A program made the translations under genes and the position numbers. The notes beneath the pieces are model-generated. The model worked only from the letters and a program-made list of their open reading frames with translations, made no database searches and was not told the origin of the DNA. A DNA stretch of 63,965 bases, counting the filler, from Licmophora abbreviata (Eukaryota): the NCBI GenBank assembly GCA_900291995.1. It is 9 parts of 9 records of this genome, joined end to end, with 100 filler letters (N's around TTAATTAATTAA, not from the genome) between each part and the next. Parts side by side here need not be neighbours in the genome. Positions count along the whole stretch, not along the records: positions 9,875 to 14,021 come from OLMU01001381.1; positions 14,122 to 18,196 come from OLMU01001382.1; positions 18,297 to 32,708 come from OLMU01001383.1; 6 more parts are not named here. One strand, 5' to 3'. This document shows, piece by piece, positions 12,600 through 25,355 of this stretch (positions are counted from its first letter, which is position 1; each line of letters opens with the position of its first letter).

Positions 12600-13268
12600 T
12601 CAAAGATCTGGAAGTCCATTACAATGGCGAATGAGGTCGCGTACTAGCAGTCCCTCAAAAGAATGACCGTCGTCTTGCGAAACCCATTCATTAGTTCGCG
12701 CGCTCAGCATGTACACCATCTTGCCGCTAATAGGTGTCTGAAAGTATATCACCATAGCTGCATCGTCAACTTCTAGGCTGTAAACACCTTCATCTGGGGA
12801 CAAGGTGAGGGTCAAGCGTCCCGAGGAGTAAGCGTTTCGCGGTGAATGGTCGATGATAAACACATCGTTATGGAGAGCCATTGGTTTGAGCGCTGCTGCA
12901 ATCTTGGCAAGACAGCGGTCCGCTTCTCGTCGGAAGACATTGATATCGCTCACCCGGGGGTGATGTACAGCCCTACCGTCCTCTTCTTCATCCGAGATGA
13001 CAGGGCGGGGAGAAGCTGATCCCTTGCGTCGCCGCCGAGTTCTGTTCGCTGGTTCATTGGAAGCCTCTCGGCGCTGCTGCTTGGATAACAGCAGTAGAGA
13101 ATCAGCAATACAGTCAGATGGTGACATCTCGGACACGTTTCTCAATGAGAAACCCGCCAAATTCATCGTTCTAATTTGTGAACGCACGAAGGGCATGGAA
13201 TATCGTATCAAGCATCGCCGAGCGGCGGATACCATAAACAGCGGAGTAGCGCTCGTCACTACCATCAT
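12600..13268 (-). CDS. Divergent frataxin/CyaY-like protein with mitochondrial-type presequence; start uncertain
   Basis: GRLTLTL...GVY...IYFQTPISG...Y...EW...DG..FEGLLVRDL follows the frataxin pattern; Arg/Ser-rich N-terminus. Confidence 0.7.
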   Translation of the reverse strand: MMVVTSATPLFMVSAARRCLIRYSMPFVRSQIRTMNLAGFSLRNVSEMSPSDCIADSLLLLSKQQRREASNEPANRTRRRRKGSASPRPVISDEEEDGRAVHHPRVSDINVFRREADRCLAKIAAALKPMALHNDVFIIDHSPRNAYSSGRLTLTLSPDEGVYSLEVDDAAMVIYFQTPISGKMVYMLSARTNEWVSQDDGHSFEGLLVRDLIRHCNGLPDL

Positions 13269-13634
13269 GGTTTCAGTCTGTGTTCCCACCTCCTCGTCCG
13301 CGAATGGCGCAATGTGATGTTTCGAACGAACGCGAAGGCGCCGCCGGTCAGATGGTGCGCGCGAGACCGCCAGTTTCGTGAGTAGACCCGGCGATGTCCT
13401 GATAGTTTTCACTAGGGCTAAATGCGTCAACTCACGGATTGTACTTAATCAACAGGGTTCAAACCATAAGGTGCACCAATTTTGAACAAGAAATAGTGCC
13501 GTTTTGTGGTTTGAAATGGGCTTTCATCTGGTCACATCAATTGATTGTGTCACTCCTCCATGCACCATCGGCGCTTTCATTAGCATCTCGTCTGAAAGGT
13601 ATGGCTTTAAGCTCGACTTGAGGACTGCTTTACA

Positions 13635-15476
13635 ATGGATCCGCAGGGCATGTCACCGATGAGGGATCCTACGCTGCCGCCTCGGTGCGAACGACGCAGC
13701 AAAACTCCGTTTGCCGACGAAAATCGAGAGAACTTTCCGAGTCTCGACGAAATCTTGGCTGCAGGGCCTGCACCGGATGGTGCCACTCCCAAGATATCTA
13801 AGGCTTGTGTCAGGAAACGGGCATCGCCCTCTCCAGAAGGGCTTTTGGATCGCTCCACATGTTCCCAGTCTTCGTCGTTGAACATGTCAATTGGAGCTCG
13901 CGCTGCATTGACGGAGCACCTCAGGCACGTTGCTCGGTACGGGCTAGACGGCACTCCTACCAAAAATGTCCCCGTGACACCATCAGGACTCCAGGGCGGA
14001 GATTGGGAGCGCTACAACGACNNNNNNNNNNNNNNNNNNNNNNNNNNNNNNNNNNNNNNNNNNNNTTAATTAATTAANNNNNNNNNNNNNNNNNNNNNNN
14101 NNNNNNNNNNNNNNNNNNNNNGAAACCAGTCCAATATGTCCTTCACCACCGTACTGAATGACTCGACAGCCGAAGCGGGTGGACCGATTCCTTTGTTCTC
14201 CTACAACGACGATGGCGAGGAGGCAGTCGAGGTGCTGGCATTCGAGGACCGCAGCGACTACTTTGACACCAGTCGTGTTCTGCAGCTCATGACTCCTGAA
14301 AAGAACAGAGGCCAGGCGATTCGGGCCATTACGACCCGCTGCGGAGCGCCGCTTTCATCTCCGGACAATGACGGCAGGGCGACGTCGTCGCAACGACTAC
14401 CGCCCGTCCATTTTGCGGAATCAGAAACTGGATCAACGCCATCCCAAGACGAAGGTCTCATGCACTTGTTTCAGGCTGCCATTGATTTGCATGCCGTGCA
14501 GCCTCCACGATGTGAGGTGCCAGACTCGAGCTTTCTATCTTTGTCGGCAATCGACGTTTCACGCCTCAGCGGGGGGTCCGAGAGTGACGCCATCAAAAGA
14601 TCTCCCGATGAGTCGTTCCAAGCACCAAGCTTGGTGAGAGGAGGAGAAGAGCAAGACAGTCGAGACTTGCTTCCGCCAGTTCACATGACGCCGCTGCGGA
14701 CACCACCAGGCATGTTGCTTTCGTCCCCACTGTCCTCAGTCGGCGTTCGAAGAAGTCCTGGTAGTGCTGGCATCTTGCGTGAGAGTTCCCCTGCTCAAGC
14801 ACAAGTGACGGAGAAGGTTAACGTCGCGGCGCCGAACTTTTCGAATTTTGGCTTGTCTCCAATTGCAGCGAAAGCCGGATCGACGGCTATGAAAATGAAT
14901 ACGGGATCTCTCAAGAACAGACCTGCGTTTCCCTTTCCAGAATTCGATGAAACTCAGCTCTCGGCTTGCCTACAAAACAATGTGGTTGAAACAATGGACA
15001 GTCTCCGCAACGAAGCACCAAGTCCCATATCCCAAGTCAATTTATCGGGGTTTGATCTGCACGACCTATCCGGCATCGATTCCTCGCACGATCTTGATGT
15101 CTTGCACAACAGCAAGACAAACTCTAGTGGCTCAACAGGACCATTCTCGTGCCCAGATATCAGCCGTACTGAAGCCATCAAGCATATTGAGACGCTACCC
15201 CCTTCTCGGTCGCTACCACTGGACCTCCTAGACCGACGGCGGTACCGCAGTGTAGTTCCCAGGCGAGTGCTGATGGCGACAGAGCCACTTGAGTTTTCGG
15301 TGAAAGACGATGGATTCTCTCCTCCGCCCTCTTTCGCTGGCACTGCCTTGCCTGATTTTGAAGATCCGGTTCCCGAGCAAGTTTCAAAGTCCCTTCTTCG
15401 CTCATTTGAGGATGCCGTAGTCGAGGAGGACCCCATTAAGTTTGGAGATTCTGCTGCTGCGAGGCGACTGCTCTGA
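13635..15476 (+). CDS. Hypothetical Ser/Pro-rich disordered protein spanning gap 14022-14121
   Basis: ORFs 13635-14021 and 14136-15476 are on the same strand with similar composition and many SP/TP sites; no domain recognised. Confidence 0.55.
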
Positions 15477-16039
15477 TTGCATTCATTCTTCCCGTGTTAG
15501 TGGGACTGTGTTAACATTATGTTTTTGTACTGTTCTAAAGTAGTGCGCGTTTATTATTACTTTATATCGTGAAAATAGCAACTTAGCTGCCTTCGTCGGA
15601 CGCTGCTGCTTGACCGGACCATGCACTTCCAGAAACGGAGTCAAGACGAGCTCTCTTGCATATCTGAGACAAGCGTATTCGAGATGTCTCGTGCGGTTCT
15701 CTGTCCTCAGTCAGATGATCACCATATGATACCATCTTCGATTCCTTTGTTTGAGTTCGATGTACGTAGGTTCAGCGAAGAACGCCACACCCCGTCATTC
15801 ATTTGGCGGGACTCATCAACCATGTCACTCCGTCACAGGGCAGCGTCCATCCAAGCGCAAAACGGCGATACAGCGTTCGTTCTCGGCACAGCGATCCGAC
15901 GACATCAATCTCCCCGATACATCCGCCGACACATGAAATTCGCTACAGTAAAGCTTGTGGTATCTGGATCAGAAGTAGGCCACTCGGAAGAAGGTTTCAC
16001 ATTCGCGTGACGATTGTCAATTTCTGCGCAATCGCCTCG

Positions 16040-17002
16040 CTACGGACAGGTCGATCTCATTATGTCATCCGCGAAATCTCCATCATTGAGTGGAGCAGTC
16101 ACTTTCTCCCCGGGTTGCACAGATCTTCGGAAATCCATCAGAATGGTCTTATGATCCGCGTAAAAGTCATATTGTTCAATATCCTCCATGCGTATCTTTT
16201 CGACGCTCTTGACATCGTCTGCCGCATTGGGCTGAATGTCGTCCGGCACCTCCACCACGTACACGGCCGATGCGGAGTGCCTACGATTGTCCCGCCGTGG
16301 ATCCGAGTACACCCCGAAGAGGCGCAGCTTGTGTGGTACTTGGGACAGCATGATGCCCGTCTCTTCGGTAAGCTCACGTCGTACCGCTTGCTCCAGCGAC
16401 TCGCCCACATTGGCAAATCCACCCATGGTGGCGAGTAAGTTCGTGTCCTTTCGTCTCACGACCCACATGTGGGAATTGGTAGCATCCGTAATGACCAAAT
16501 CAATGCCGACGGACGGAGTACACAAGCAATAGTGATCGCTGTCACCGCAGTAGCACGTCCCTGTCTGTTCCGACACTGGGTGACCGCCATGAAAGATGAG
16601 GTGCTGGCTCGAGAGCAACGGCTCCTGTGCTGCAGCTTGAGCCAGCGCAGCGTCTCGTTGCTTTTCAATTTCGATTTCCTCGACAGCTCCCCATCGAGGG
16701 GATGCGACTAGAAACAAGGCAATGGCCAGCAACGCGTTCAGCAGTAGCGACAGCCGCAGGAGGACATCTTGGGACGCCAACAGTTCGTGACGTCTGCTGT
16801 TGTTGGGAGTAGGGTATCCCTGGAAATTGGCGTGTCTCAAAGGCATACTGGTGGGGGCGATGGATTGAAGAGCGTGGTGCAAGGGAACATAATCGCAAGA
16901 GGATGGGCGCAACAAGGGCGGAGCTGCAACTCGTGATTGATGCTGCTGCTGTTGCGGAATGTTTTTTGTGTGGGCCGCGGCGCGTTGCCGAAAAAAGCTC
17001 AT
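16040..17002 (-). CDS. Nudix hydrolase with N-terminal membrane anchor; true start may be downstream
   Basis: Nudix box GGFANVGESLEQAVRRELTEETGI, GVYSDPRRDNR, AADD, ADHKTIL; hydrophobic LSLLLNALLAIALFLV. Confidence 0.88.
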   Translation of the reverse strand: MSFFRQRAAAHTKNIPQQQQHQSRVAAPPLLRPSSCDYVPLHHALQSIAPTSMPLRHANFQGYPTPNNSRRHELLASQDVLLRLSLLLNALLAIALFLVASPRWGAVEEIEIEKQRDAALAQAAAQEPLLSSQHLIFHGGHPVSEQTGTCYCGDSDHYCLCTPSVGIDLVITDATNSHMWVVRRKDTNLLATMGGFANVGESLEQAVRRELTEETGIMLSQVPHKLRLFGVYSDPRRDNRRHSASAVYVVEVPDDIQPNAADDVKSVEKIRMEDIEQYDFYADHKTILMDFRRSVQPGEKVTAPLNDGDFADDIMRSTCP

Positions 17003-17611
17003 CGGATGACTCGAGACATTTTGCTCTACTGGAAGGTTCGGATTGATAGAAACAGTGTTAAGTAGAATGTCATGACGATGTCTGATGGGAGTGTCAACAT
17101 CTTTTTCGTCCGTGCGAAGATTCTCATTTGCTGGGTGCGTGCGATGATGATGATGCGATCACATGTCGCCGACGACATCAATTCTTGCGTCGAGCTCATT
17201 CGTTCGTTCCGGTAGACGAGTGGGAGCAAATTCGACGTGTAAGTTATTGAATGTACTCATCCAGTCCGTTTTGCGAAAGCTATGCGAAATGAATCCGCGG
17301 TCGATGCGCACGTTTTGATGTTTGCTTTCTTTTTCGGAACTGCATGATGCTGTGTGGTTATTTCAAGAGCGACGTAACCTTGGACCAGTCGTCTTTCTTT
17401 TGCGAAATTTATCCTCGGGTTTACGATCTATACAAACCCGAGTTATTCATGAAGCGTGGAAAGGCTGTCATTGACAGATTCTGTGCTGTCTTCCTTTTTG
17501 TTTTCGACCGCAAAATTAACAGACCCTTGCCTTGCCATTTCTTACGAACAATTCATCAGTGACTGTGAGATTGTCGTCAAATAAAATTCACCTTTACAAT
17601 AAAACCCGACC

Positions 17612-20600
17612 ATGGATCGGGTAGCTGCTATGCTTATACTGCTGGGTGTCTTAGTGGTAAGTGCGAAACTGTGTATAGTTCGCTGTCAAGCTGCGTTCCA
17701 TTCGTGGCCTCGTCACAACTCACCCTCTTTCCAATCGTATGAAACATCAAACACGTCAAAGAGCGTTGTACTAATGCTCTTGGCGCTCTTCACAGTTGCA
17801 CCCATCTTTTGTTCCTGTCTTGTATCATTGATCTACACATTATACTTATTCTTCACAAACGAAGAGAGCGGCGTCCATCACGCACAAGAATTCGAGAATC
17901 GATTCTGGACCATCTTTGCTTTGCTCTTCAGTACAGCACTGTTCTTTGCCAATGACTCCCCCATTGCGTTTGGGAGGTGGAGTCCGAGTCTCGGATTGAT
18001 GGGGGTTATTGTCACTGGCTATGCCATGCATACGTGGGATCGGTATTTGCATCGGGTCGCCATTAGTCGGCAAGTCGGATTGCGACGCTCCAGCACTGCG
18101 AACTCCTCCTTGGTGCGACTCAAGGATCTTGGCATTCCGGTGGAGGCGCAGCTTGCGAAAATTACGGACAGCCTCGCCGATATTGATCAGCTCCTGNNNN
18201 NNNNNNNNNNNNNNNNNNNNNNNNNNNNNNNNNNNNNNNNTTAATTAATTAANNNNNNNNNNNNNNNNNNNNNNNNNNNNNNNNNNNNNNNNNNNNATCA
18301 ACAATTTCATCAATCAGCGATTCGTCTTACGGAAAGAGCGGGAAATCATTTCCGTCTTTGAGGAATGCGACGCGCGTGCCTTGAACTACCTGATCAGTCA
18401 CGTCAAGCTGGGATTGCTCTTTTACAAAATCAAAGATCACCGGAACTTTTCCGGGCAGCACCGAACCGAACTGATTCAACTGTTTGCAGTCGATCGACTC
18501 CCCGTCCTGACGGTCATGTCGCGTGTCATTGTCTTGCACGCGTTGCAGTTGATGAGACTGCGAGCCAATGCACGGGCCGAGTATTGGGTGCGCAACGTGA
18601 TACTAAGTACGAGCCAAGATGACCTGTCTGAATTGAAAACCTTGACGGATGCCAAGGGTGACTACTTCAGTATGAACAAACTCATCTATGACGACATCAA
18701 GTCCGAGACTATACGGCAAGATATTCTTGCTCATATTCGAAAGGAAGCGGCAGTTCAGCAGGCACACATGCAAATGGGTACGAGACGAGCGAAGCGGCGA
18801 CTTCATATTCAGGCATGGCGCAAAGTCTTGTCTGACGTCGACGATACATTGTGTAGCAGTGGGGGCTCGTATCCGGCGGGGATCGACAAGCGATACACCA
18901 AGAAGGTTGTTTATCCGGGCGTTCTTTCATTCTATCGCGAGCTTGATCTGGGAACGCAGGGGCCGGAAGAGTGGCCGGACAATCGAGTCGGGAATCTCGT
19001 TTTCCTGTCTGCGCGACCGCATGTGTACAAAGATATGAGCGAGAAGGTCAACTTTGCCAAATTTGAAAAGCTCCGATTGCTGACCTCGGGCGATCGAAAA
19101 GGCATGCATACGACGCCTTCGCTCCTTGCAGGTGACCTTGCGTCGGGACGCGACTACATTGTCTCGAATGATATGGAACCTCTAGCGCTCAAGAAATTTG
19201 ATAACTTCAAGCGCTACGTCTCAATATATCCGGAATACAAGCACGCCTTCATTTGCGACAACGGGCAAGGGGATGTACGAGCCGGTGAGATGATGTACGA
19301 GAACTTTCCATATGAGTTCGAGGCCTTGTACGTGCATGTGGTCCAGGATGTACATAAGACGTACGGATTTGCTCCGGATCGCTGGCGATCAAAAGGATTG
19401 ACACCTTGCTTTTTTCGAACGTACCCTGAGGCGGCTCTTGATGCTGCAACCAGAAAGCCACCGATCATACGAGTGAAGGGATTGCGACGCGTCTGTCACG
19501 ACGCTGTGAAGGATTTCCTGCACATTCCCGCAAAACAGTGGGCTTCGACGAGCCAGAAAAGCGACAGACGTGCAGAGCTGAACCAGGCCTTGTGGCGAGT
19601 GAATCAGTTTTTGATAAGAATTGGGGAAATTGCTGTGCCTTTGATAGAGGCCGAGCAAGTGTGGGAGAACGGCGAGCGAGTGCGGACGCCCTATGGCATT
19701 GCAAAACTTGTTTCTTTCGACCCCACTAGAGACAGCTATGAGGTTGAGCTCGACTGGCGACCATTGAGTCTTCAAGTTTCCGAGTACGGGGCTGCTGTAA
19801 AGGAGCAGCCGCCATCGCCTTCTAGGCCTCGGGAAGCTCCTGTCGCTGCCGAAGCCCCGTCGTTGGCACTCGAGACGGTCGTGGAGGAAAGCGAAGATGA
19901 GCGTAGCGAGCCTATTGAGCCCAGGCGCAGACTTCAAAGACCTGGCAACGGTGGTGTGCCAAATGTGGTGGGCGCTGGTCCAGACGCTGAGGACTTAGCG
20001 CAGCCGGAAATGTCATCGGGAGAGGCTACCGGCGAACAGTCTGGTGAATTTGGAAGGAGAGCGTCAGATTCTTCCACTGAAGAGGAAGAGGTTTCATCGA
20101 ACGTACAAACGGAGCCGATCCCACCTGACCAATTACAGCTTCGCGTCACGGCGAGAATCCGTGGTCGCGATATCTCCAAATACACTCCACCGGCGCTGCC
20201 TAACCTTGAAAAGCGTTCGTCGATATTCTCATTCTGGGTGGCAGAGGAGAAGAAGAGACCTGCTTTCCAACCAGGTGATCGGTGCATTACTCCATTCGGA
20301 TCTGCCATTGTGGACCGCCATCGAGTCGAAGACGGAATTGTGGCCCTAGAAATGGAAGGGTGGAAAGCTCGAGCGTATATTCGGGAGAGCGACGTAAAGC
20401 CCGTATCAAGAGGTCTACTGCACTCCTTGCGTCGCTCGCTTACCTCAGTCGAATCAGGACCAAAAGCTCCACCGCTTGAATTCCCGTACGCTGAAGGCAC
20501 CATGATCAGGACACCATACGGCGAAGGGGCGGTAGCTCGACCCCTGCCACTTATCCAGCCTCCCTCCACCGAGACCGCGTCTGATACCTCTAAACCACAG

Positions 20601-21555
20601 AAAACAATCGGAATCAACTTGACTTCATGGAGACTGGCTGATAGTACAAATCCCATGCTCTACTGCACAGTCGAGACAGCACGGGCATGGAAAGACAACA
20701 AGAATTCTTCACAAAGAGGCGACAGCCTCTTTTCTACGCTTGGAAGTGTTGTGTCCAAAGCCCTTGGCCGTGGGTCGGTCACTCAGGTGGAGAAGAAGCC
20801 GGATGCTCCCAAGTTTGAGAAATACTATCGCGATGGTGCAGCAGTTACAACCTTGTTTGGGAATGGATATGTCAACTGTTTTCGCGAAGCCGACGGATTC
20901 TACGAAATATCCCTTGTCGACTGGCCCCTTTCCGGTGGGAAACGTCCATTGGCGATATTGCGGAAAGACGAGATCAGCTACCGCATCGCAAAAGGCTGTC
21001 ACGAGGGTTACCCCGTGTTGACAAGTCTGGGAGTTTCAGGAACTCTTGCGTCGGTGCAGCCGACTACTGGTAAGTATGATAGCCCACGAATGAAGTAGGC
21101 AATTTACATGTGACTGATCGCTTGCTTACTGTTGCCGTTTACTTCAACATTTCCCTTTCGGTGTAGGTGTCCACATTGTCTCGGTGCACTCGTGTGGTAT
21201 GGTTTGCTACTTGCAGCCCAGGGACGTTATTCGTCCACTGAAAGCCGCCGTTGGTCAGGATGTCTTGACGGCCTATGGAGATGGCAAGGTCATTCAGTAT
21301 CGTGTTCGCGATGACACGTACATGATCCGCCTCAATGGTTGGGGAGCCGCTTTGTACTCCAAGGCCGAGACGTTCAACCGGGACGAAGAAGGGATGCAAG
21401 ATCGCGACGGGCCCTTTGGCATGAAATGGTTGATTGGTTATCTATTTTCGTCGACGGCGTCGCTGTCGGACGGCAGGACCGGAAGCCAGAGAAGTCGGAG
21501 CAACAGTATTGCAAGCTTATCAAGGAGGAGTCAAACCAGTGGATCGCTCATCTAG
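17612..21555 (+). CDS. Multi-pass membrane protein with App1-like HAD phosphatase domain and C-terminal T-x-[YF]-G repeats; introns about 17657..17761 and 21070..21166; gap 18197-18296
   Basis: N-terminal TM helices; SDVDDT, YPGVLSFY, FLSARP, FICDNGQGD; the frame is open from 18297; last exon GVHIVSVHSCG is in frame. Confidence 0.7.
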
Positions 21556-21609
21556 TTTAGAAGAAATCTTCATTGCATTGTACAGTTGTCTTCATTTTAC
21601 AAAATGTAT

Positions 21610-23006
21610 TTAGATCGTCTTGTCTTTGACGGCGTTTGGAATAAAAGGAGGCGGAGGTTTTCTCTGGATCGGTAGCAGCACGTACCAGAGATTAGGACCC
21701 AGCAACCGGCGAATGTTGGCCTTCCAACCCTCGTCGAATGGGCTGGATGGACGCTGCAGACACTGAGGGTCGTTACGATTCACCCTGTCTCCACCCCGCA
21801 TGGCCTCCCGTAGCAGTTTCTCTTTCAATACTGTCAACATGATGGAGTGTTCCAGCGTCGTTCGTGCAGTACTAATGTACAAGAAATGCATACACCCAAA
21901 AGCCGTCATGATGAGAGCTACACCAAAAAGCAAAGGAAAGGTCATTTTCACAACAATCTTCTCATCAATTCCCGTTGTCCACGCTTGTGTCCATAGTACC
22001 CACGGGGGCGGAAGGTCCAAGAGACCGGTTCTGTAATGATACAAGAAACGAACTCCATGTTGTCGAATCTGCTCTTGGATCGCTTCGTAGAACGGCACTA
22101 CTAGTATTGCAACAGCATACCAACATCCCACCCCCAGCCATAGCACGACAAGACAAAAGGGTCGGTAATTGTTGTATCCAATGCAATTGTTGACCCACGG
22201 ACAGTGATGATCGAATTGCAGCACGCATCGTCGGCACGTCTTGCAATGATGGCAACGAGGGGGTCGTGGTATGCGACACTTGTCGCAGAATGAAGACTCC
22301 GTCAAAGTGGAAAAGAAGCTTTCATAAGTAGAGTCGCCATGTTGGGTGATGCGTTTTCGGTCGGATGACAATGCATCGTTGCAAGGTTGCTCTCCACTGC
22401 GATAGAGTCGCAGACGATCTAGTTCCGCTCTCACGTTCAATTTCGGTTCGATGAATCCAAAACAGCATCCTCCTTGTCCATCGATACTCTTCCATCGCAG
22501 CGTCCGCTGGTATCCTTCAATGATCGTTTCATCGTTCGTGTACGGCATGCAGATACCGGGAGACGAACAAGTCGTCACGAGAAAGTGAAAGGTGATCATG
22601 ATTGCAAAAGTAAAGCGTGAGGAACACGTGCCTGACTTCTTCGAATGTCACTCCTGTACACGCTTTCCGTTTCATCGTCATGGCAGTATCTTCTTCTCCG
22701 AATGAGTCTTCGAAAGGATGTCAGGGATGCCAAGACGACCAACCAGATCAAAAGAAGCGACCAAAAGGGTAGCAGAGGTCGCCACCAGTCCTTGACTCTG
22801 TACTTGTCCAATCCAGTCGCACAGTAAACATACTGCAGACCCGCGTGGGTCAGTTCCCTCAACCAAAACCATTGATCAAAGCGATCCGGGGACTGCAGAG
22901 CTCGTCGAAAGTCTTGCCAAGTGACTCTCCACTGTTGCACGTACGGCGGTGATGCTATTTTGACGGCATCAGCAACATGCTTGTTGCGTGGCGCCTGCGG
23001 CCTCAT
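21610..23006 (-). CDS. DHHC palmitoyltransferase (apparent frame errors near 22600-22670)
   Basis: [46 protein letters not shown]...N; upstream ORF supplies the first TM helix. Confidence 0.9.
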
Positions 23007-23400
23007 TGCGTTCTCTCTCTCTATAGTGCCACGTTCTAAAGTACTCCTGCAGAAGTAGCACTACTATGCTCGCGACGTCCCAAGAAACTATGATGTATTA
23101 GCGGCGGTGCGGTGGATCTATCATACTCGTACTTTTTCTCATGGTTTGTATGTCGGATTTGATTCATTCTGTTCATCGCGGTGCGATGCCCTTCTGAAAG
23201 AAATGAGCTAAGTTTGAAATTCCAAATTCCACAAGTCCTCTACGCGCGCTTTTTTCGCTGTGATGTTTCGTCTCCAAACACAAAAAGATGATGCCGCGCC
23301 GCCATCACACACACCCTCATCCTGGAATGGTACTTTTTTAAAAGTGTGTCTGAAGGAGAACAACAACAACGACGACGATCTTGCTGTGTATCGATCGACC

Positions 23401-25355
23401 ATGACTAAAAGTGAAAAGAAAAAGAGGAAAAAGAAGCGTGCAAGAAGCGTCTTCCGACGAGATGACTATGACATAGAAGGCACTAGCACACGTTCATCAG
23501 TCACTCACACGGACGATACTGCAGCGCCTTCCTTTTCTTCTTCATTGTCATTAGCATCTCGTCTGAAACGACAAAGGGGCACTGCAGACTCTACACCCCT
23601 ACCACCGCCATGGATCCACCAGCAAGCGGCGTCGGGACATGATTCACCGCAGGGCCGTCGACAACCCTCCATCTTCTTGACGCCGGATGATGCCGACGGT
23701 GGCGAGGCATTCAAGAGCTGCCAGAAACAGTGTTATCGAGGCAAGTTACAGTCAAGGAGAAATTTTGCGTTTGAACTTTCAATTTTCCCCATGGTCTAGT
23801 ACTTGACTTTCTAATCACCCACGTCTCGTGGTTTTGCTTAAATACACACACGCATACAGGCTTTCACTGGGAACCTCCCGAATCCGTGCCAACGTCCTTT
23901 CATGACCTCTTTGACTCCTGCCTCGATGGTCTAGATCAATCTGGCTTGTTTCTGTATGATACAGTACAGCCAGGACGAAAGCGGTTGTCTCGCACCATGG
24001 TGACTCGTACCTTGATTGGGGATCCTGGAACGACCTATCGGTATTTGGGATTGCGACTGTTTGCTCATCCGTGGACTCGAGAAGACGAAACAGAAACTTA
24101 TGCCGCCGCCGACTCGACGACGACCACCTCGTGGCTAGTTCAGCTTGGCTATTCTCCTACCTGTGCCGAGGCGCTCTTCCAGATGGGATGCTTGAATCGT
24201 TCTTTGAAAGAACGTACCGAAGATATTTTGCAACACGAAATGGCGTCCCATGTACCGCACGGTCTCGTTGGGTCCGCACACTACACACTGACTCTCGTCA
24301 ACAAGATGGAACCTACGTGCGTGAAGAAAGACTTGAAACAAGAACAACTCTATGACATGGGCAAGACAAGCGTGAGCTGGCACAAGGACTCGGGTCTCAT
24401 GGACTTTAGCTCGATTGCCGTCTATCATAGTTTGCGAGATATCATCATCAACGATTCGTCGCAAGCGGCTGCTACCCCGTGGAGAGTTGCCATGCGGGTT
24501 GCCTCCAAGGACGTTGCGACTCCTCCGTTATCAGTCCCGCTTCCATCAGGCTCACTCTACTATTTGCTCGACGACTTTAATCACCAGCACGAACATGCTG
24601 TACTCGCTGGTTCCAACCAGCTCCGGTACAGCTCGACGCATCGTGTGGCACGACAAGGCCGAGGCACATGGCAGTATATTCGCGATAGGTGTCGCGAAGT
24701 GGTGGAGGAGAAACATACGAGTCACGACAATAATGTCGGCATTGCCCCAAAGAAAGTATCACTGACCGAGAAACGAAGTCGATTGGTGAAACAGACTCGA
24801 GCTCAGCAGCAGCTACTGACAGAACTGGAGTTTGAATGGTTGCGCCAGTGGTACATTCAGGGTAAGGAACATGCTCGATTGCATCCTTATTGGCACAAGC
24901 CAATAGAGCTGATGGGACAGTGGTATGACGAGTTGCGTCGACGCATGAAGGGAACTCTCCAGTTGTTACAGAAAGCATCGAAAGGTGGCGATGCGACGGA
25001 CAGCAGTACACATGTTGTTTCCGAGGCAATGTTTGATGTAATGATTGAATCTTTGGAAGAACGTTCGGCGCTTATCGCAGATTGGAAGGAGAGACAAAGA
25101 GATCCTGTCTTTAAGTCCATGCTGGAGGAAATGAGACCCTTCTCGTGTTTGATATTGGACAAGTGGTCCCGAAAAGACGAGTCGCATGCTGCAACTGTTT
25201 CCGACATTCGCAAGTGGCGTAAGGCGTTTGTCAAGCGACGAAGAGGTGTAGCTGGGATCAATGATCACTCCGATTTAACTAAGAAGGAGAAACGAAAGGT
25301 AGCGTCAAACTGGGAACAGATGAAGGCTGGATATTATGCCAAGAAAAGGAAGTGA
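23401..25355 (+). CDS. FTO: FTO-like Fe(II)/2OG RNA demethylase; join(23401..23740,23860..25355) with a GC-AG intron
   Basis: FLTPDD, TRTLIGDPGTTYRYLGLRLF, VSWHKD, HEHAVLAG...RYSSTHRVA, LEFEWLRQWYIQG all match FTO motifs. Confidence 0.92.
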
